A stretch of 28,651 nucleotides of DNA, from positions 1 to 28,651 of the forward strand of contig JAXHTN010000001.1 in assembly GCA_034190145.1 (NCBI GenBank), in the 5' to 3' direction. The notes under the pieces are model-generated. The model did not search any database. It was given only the letters and a program-made list of their open reading frames with translations, and was not told the origin of the DNA. This DNA is from Halobacteriota archaeon (GTDB lineage: Archaea; Halobacteriota; Syntropharchaeia; DAOWMC01). Of the stretch, positions 24,784-28,651 are shown piece by piece; position 1 is the first letter of the stretch; each line of letters begins with the position of its first letter. The position numbers and the translations under genes were made by a program.

Positions 24784-25893
24784 ATGAGTGATTTTAAGAG
24801 GCTTTTTTCTCAAGGTAATATCGGGAATGTCACAGTAAAGAATAGGATTATACGATCTGCAACATATGAGAGCATGGCAGATGAGAGGGGACACATCACC
24901 GACGAAATGGTAGGTCTTTACTCTGATCTTGCTGGCGGTGGTATAGGACTGATAATTACCGGTTTTACATCAGTTGATCCTGAAGGTATGGTTGGACCAA
25001 AGACAACCGGCCTTTATGATGACTCATGCTTGTCAGGACATAAACGTTTAGTTGACGCAGTTCATGAGTGCGATGGTGCCAAGATTGCATCTCAACTTGC
25101 GCATTGCGGTAGGCAGATACTGATCCCGGGGATAATCCCAGTGGCACCTTCACCAATTCCCGATAAGATGATAAACCGAGTACCGCGTGAGCTTAGTACA
25201 GATGAGGTTGGGAAGACTATTAAAAAGTTCGTTTATGCCGGACGTAGGGCTTACGAATCCGGTTATGACGCAGTTCAGATTCATGCCGCTCATGGGTATC
25301 TACTCAGTTCATTCTTATCGCCATATTCCAACAAGCGAAGTGATGAATTCGGTGGGGATACAAGGGGCCGCACAAAGATACTCCTTGACATCTGTGAAGG
25401 AATTCATGATGAGGTGGGGATTCAATTTCCGATAATTGTTAAGATGCAGTCCCAGGATGGAATCTCCGAAGGTCTTTGCGTTGAAGAAGCAAAGGTTATT
25501 GCCAGACTGCTCGTTCATGCAGGATACAGTGCCATTGAACCAAGTGGTGGTATCTACGAAGGGAGACTCAGAAATAAAAGTGCACTACCTATGAAGCTCA
25601 TAAAATCGCAAGAAGATGAAGCATATCTATTACCTACTGCCAGGGAGCTCAAACCCACCATGGGAAATTGTCCGTTGATTCTGATCGGCGGGATGAGAGA
25701 TCCTGTGATGGCAGACGGTATACTTGAGAGTAAGATCGCCGATTTTATCTCCCTCTCACGCCCACTCATCTGTGAGCCGGATCTCCCGAATAGATGGAGT
25801 GAGGGAGATCTCAGTCCTGTCAAATGTAAGAGTTGTAACAGATGTTATTTCAACATGGGACGGGAACCACTGCATTGCTATAACAAAAAATGA
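24784..25893 (+). CDS. NADH:flavin oxidoreductase (Old Yellow Enzyme family) with C-terminal Cys cluster
   Basis: VKNRIIRSATYE, SQLAHCGR, GYDAVQIHAAHGYLLSSFLSP..NKRSDEFGG, SRPLICEP.LP, CKSCNRC...C. Real start is ATG 24784. Confidence 0.92.
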   Translation: MSDFKRLFSQGNIGNVTVKNRIIRSATYESMADERGHITDEMVGLYSDLAGGGIGLIITGFTSVDPEGMVGPKTTGLYDDSCLSGHKRLVDAVHECDGAKIASQLAHCGRQILIPGIIPVAPSPIPDKMINRVPRELSTDEVGKTIKKFVYAGRRAYESGYDAVQIHAAHGYLLSSFLSPYSNKRSDEFGGDTRGRTKILLDICEGIHDEVGIQFPIIVKMQSQDGISEGLCVEEAKVIARLLVHAGYSAIEPSGGIYEGRLRNKSALPMKLIKSQEDEAYLLPTARELKPTMGNCPLILIGGMRDPVMADGILESKIADFISLSRPLICEPDLPNRWSEGDLSPVKCKSCNRCYFNMGREPLHCYNKK

Positions 25894-25914
25894 TGCGGGC
25901 GGCACTTTTGCAGG

Positions 25915-26682
25915 TCAAGGAAGATGCCTTCCTAAAAAGTTTGATATTGTATCATTAACCTCGGACGGTTTCTCGAGGGTATAAAGAAAATCACCACTGA
26001 ATATCTTAAGCTCGGAATCCTTAATATTTCCATGCAGAAACTCTGACCAGAACAATGGATGCACCTTGTCATCATCTGCTCCGATTATGAGTGTCGGACT
26101 CTCAATATCCGTTATCTTGTCTCTTATGTCAAATCTGTTACATGCCTCAAAATCAGCAACACCAACATCCGGGTCACACAAAAGAGATGCCTCTTTTACC
26201 TCTTTTAGCAACTTCGGATCAATTCTTTTGGCGGACCTAGTTTCATACTCATTCTCAATTGCTCTTTTGAAGTCGGATCTAAGTATAGAGAATAGAACCG
26301 GGCTCACTCCAAGCTTTGCTCCGGTGCTTACAAGAACGAGACATTCCACATTTTGCGGATACTCAAGAGCGTACTGCATCGAGATCGCACCTCCCATCGA
26401 ATGTCCTATGAGTGTTGCTTTATTAATACCCATGACCTCAAGAAAACGCTTCAATATCCTTGAGTACCATTCGATGGAGATCTTTTTAGTATCTTTGGGA
26501 ATGCCCGATCTACCATGTCCCGGTAAATCAATAGCCACTACGTGATATTTATCCCCAAGAAGATCAAACTGCGGCTTGAAGTTCATATGGGAGTTTCCTG
26601 CTCCGTGGATTAATATAAGGGAAGAACCGGAACCTTTCGATTCATAGTGTATCTTCAGTCCGTCAAGATCAATTTCAGGCAA
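25915..26682 (-). CDS. Alpha/beta hydrolase fold protein
   Basis: LIHGAG, DLPGHGRS, GHSMGG nucleophile elbow. TTG start 8 nt after AGGAG. Canonical catalytic His absent. Confidence 0.9.
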   Translation of the reverse strand: MPEIDLDGLKIHYESKGSGSSLILIHGAGNSHMNFKPQFDLLGDKYHVVAIDLPGHGRSGIPKDTKKISIEWYSRILKRFLEVMGINKATLIGHSMGGAISMQYALEYPQNVECLVLVSTGAKLGVSPVLFSILRSDFKRAIENEYETRSAKRIDPKLLKEVKEASLLCDPDVGVADFEACNRFDIRDKITDIESPTLIIGADDDKVHPLFWSEFLHGNIKDSELKIFSGDFLYTLEKPSEVNDTISNFLGRHLP

Positions 26683-26712
26683 ATGGCATTCTCCTAAAAA
26701 TTAAACACTTTT

Positions 26713-28651
26713 TTAAGTTAATTTAAGCAGTTCCTGCAAAACAATTATGTCTGCATCCATAACTTCTGATTCGAGCCGAGTTATACCTTTGGATACCTTT
26801 TCTCCGGTTATCTTAAATAAAGCTTGGTAAAATATCCCCCTTAAAGTATCATCTTCAATCTGCATCTTCTTCATTTCAGAAATCACATCCTTATCGGACT
26901 TCAGAAGTAATAAGGCAATTCCACTATATATCACGTCATAATTAACAATCTTATCTCTCAGATCATAACATGAAGCAAAAGACTCGATAGATTCATCCCT
27001 CTTTGCTGAACAGATATATTGAACTCCTGATCGCTTAAGATCGGAAGTTGAGAGAGCATAATCTCCCAATTCCTTATATAACATACCTCTACTTCTAAAA
27101 GTCCTTGCATCGCCAGGAATAATAGTAATTACCTTATCATAATCTAAAATGGCATGATCCGGTTTGCCTGAACCCTCATATGCAAGGGCCCTATTGTAGA
27201 GAGCTTCGGCGTTATTGGGTTCGACCTTGAGTACAAAATCGAGGTCCCACAATGCAAGGTTGTTTTTACCAAGATTTAAGTGTGCTAAAGCTCGGTTGTA
27301 ATGAGATTCGGAAGAATTAGGTTCCACTTCAATTGAAGAATCGAAGTCCTTAACTGCAAGATCATACTTTCCCAGTTTAAAGTGAGCAATACCCCGGTTG
27401 TAGTAGACTCCCTTAAGATCTGGATCAATTTTGATTGCTAAATTAAAATCATCTACTGCGAGGTCATAATTACATAGGTTAAAGTGAGCAATACCCCGGT
27501 TGTAGTAGACTCCCTTAAGATCTGGATCAATTTTGATTGCTAAATTAAAATCATCTACTGCGAGGTCATACTTGCCTAGTTTGGAGTAAGAGATGCCGCG
27601 AGAATATAGACTCTTTGCTGATTCGCCATCCGCTTCAATTGCCCTGTTGAAGTCCCCTATGGCAAGATCTTCATTCCCCAGAGCTAAAAGTGCAATACCA
27701 CGATTGTGATATGCACTGGAAAGATCGGAATTGAGGTACAATGCCATATCAAAGTCCTCTATTGCACGATAATAATTCCTTTGCTCGTTATTGGATAAAC
27801 CACGATTATAGTATGCGTCTGCCATAAAAGGTTCCTGCTCTATTGCCCTTCCGAAGTCCTCGATCGCATTTTCATGCATCAGTAGCCTTGAGTGAGCAAG
27901 TCCGATGTTATAGTAGGCCCGTCCCAAATCGCTACCCCCCTCTATGACCTTCTCGAAGTTGTTTGTCGCCTTGTCGTATTCACCCAATGACAAAAGAGTG
28001 ATACCCCTACCTATATACGCCTCAGTATTATCCGGATCAAGTTCGATTGCAATTCCAAAGTCCTTCAAAGCAAGATCGTTTTTATCAAGCTTTGTTTCGG
28101 CAAGCCCTCTATGATAATAAGCATCTTTAAGGTTACAACCCAGTTCGATTGCCCTGTCAAGATCCTTTATTGCAAGTTCATATTCTGATGTATTTAAGTG
28201 AGCAACTCCTCTTTCGTAAAATGCATCCTTTATTCCAGGATCCATCTCGATTACCCTACTTAAGTCCTCAATCGCGTTTTCATACTCCTCGAGTTTGTTA
28301 TAAACGAGAGCTCGGTCAAAGCATACCCTGGCAGTATAAGAACCTAGTTCTATTGCCTTTCCAAAGTCCTCCATTGCGAGATCGTACTGTCCCAACTCCT
28401 TGTATGCAACCCCTCTTTTGTAATATAAATCCGATTGATCAGGCTCAGATATTAATGACACGCTCAAGTCCTCAATCACCTGAATCCACTCTTTAAGCTC
28501 GAGACTGATTAAACCACGCAAAAGGTAAGCTTCAGTACGGCTAGGATCAAGCTCAATTGCTCTTCCGAAGTCTTCTATTGCGAGGTCGTACCTCTTAAGT
28601 TCAATGAAGGATAGGCCGCGGTTGTAGAATGCATCGATATCTTCGGAATCG
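26713..28651 (-). CDS. Large tetratricopeptide repeat protein, 5' end outside the window
   Basis: About 15 or more 34-aa TPR units (AYYNRG...A..DF..AI..DP). The frame stays open from the track's 28521 start to the window edge (DSEDIDAFYNRGLSF...). Confidence 0.92.
   Translation of the reverse strand, partial: DSEDIDAFYNRGLSFIELKRYDLAIEDFGRAIELDPSRTEAYLLRGLISLELKEWIQVIEDLSVSLISEPDQSDLYYKRGVAYKELGQYDLAMEDFGKAIELGSYTARVCFDRALVYNKLEEYENAIEDLSRVIEMDPGIKDAFYERGVAHLNTSEYELAIKDLDRAIELGCNLKDAYYHRGLAETKLDKNDLALKDFGIAIELDPDNTEAYIGRGITLLSLGEYDKATNNFEKVIEGGSDLGRAYYNIGLAHSRLLMHENAIEDFGRAIEQEPFMADAYYNRGLSNNEQRNYYRAIEDFDMALYLNSDLSSAYHNRGIALLALGNEDLAIGDFNRAIEADGESAKSLYSRGISYSKLGKYDLAVDDFNLAIKIDPDLKGVYYNRGIAHFNLCNYDLAVDDFNLAIKIDPDLKGVYYNRGIAHFKLGKYDLAVKDFDSSIEVEPNSSESHYNRALAHLNLGKNNLALWDLDFVLKVEPNNAEALYNRALAYEGSGKPDHAILDYDKVITIIPGDARTFRSRGMLYKELGDYALSTSDLKRSGVQYICSAKRDESIESFASCYDLRDKIVNYDVIYSGIALLLLKSDKDVISEMKKMQIEDDTLRGIFYQALFKITGEKVSKGITRLESEVMDADIIVLQELLKLT
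27377..27570. repeat. Near-tandem exact 92-bp duplication, period 102 nt (one TPR unit)
   Basis: 27377-27468 is identical to 27479-27570. Confidence 0.95.

Noticed and set aside
25815-25893. CxxCxxC...C motif on a single-domain OYE
   Set aside because: A common feature of this anaerobe OYE subfamily; not unusual.
26676-26690. ATG CCA TTT GCC TGA after AGGAG, suggesting a frameshifted hydrolase start
   Set aside because: The ATG is too close to the SD. The TTG start has normal spacing and gives a typical MPxxxxxGxKIxYE N-terminus.

Overview
Archaeal chromosomal window, most consistent with a methanogen-like or alkane-oxidising Halobacteriota lineage (archaeal r-proteins, PCNA, Trm5, an MfnE-like kinase, an AksA-like synthase). 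Contents in order: 5' part of amt, tRNA-Ser(GCT), a displaced five-gene r-protein block (rpl5-rps14-rps8-rpl6-rpl32e), pcn, a crotonase, two small wHTH genes, lsrF-pyrF-pyrE(x2 fusion), moaA with two small genes the ORF track missed, two glucosylglycerate-synthase-like paralogues flanking ppdK, an intron-containing tRNA-Thr(CGT), trm5, an ABC-2 permease pair (one fused to a PrsW-like protease domain), mfnE, a Lon-like S16 protease, xpb, an aksA-like gene, an OYE, an alpha/beta hydrolase and a partial TPR gene. Top finding: the 133-nt, multi-hairpin intron of tRNA-Thr(CGT) is not unique. A diverged copy with structure-preserving substitutions fills the region upstream of rpl5 and ends at its likely start codon. 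A probable fragment lies at the other end of the displaced block. This points to a small dispersed structured element that acts as a tRNA intron at one locus and as a putative mRNA leader at another. Second finding: the pyrE fusion has two domains with complementary losses of catalytic motifs, suggesting one composite active site. All alignments and folds were done by eye.
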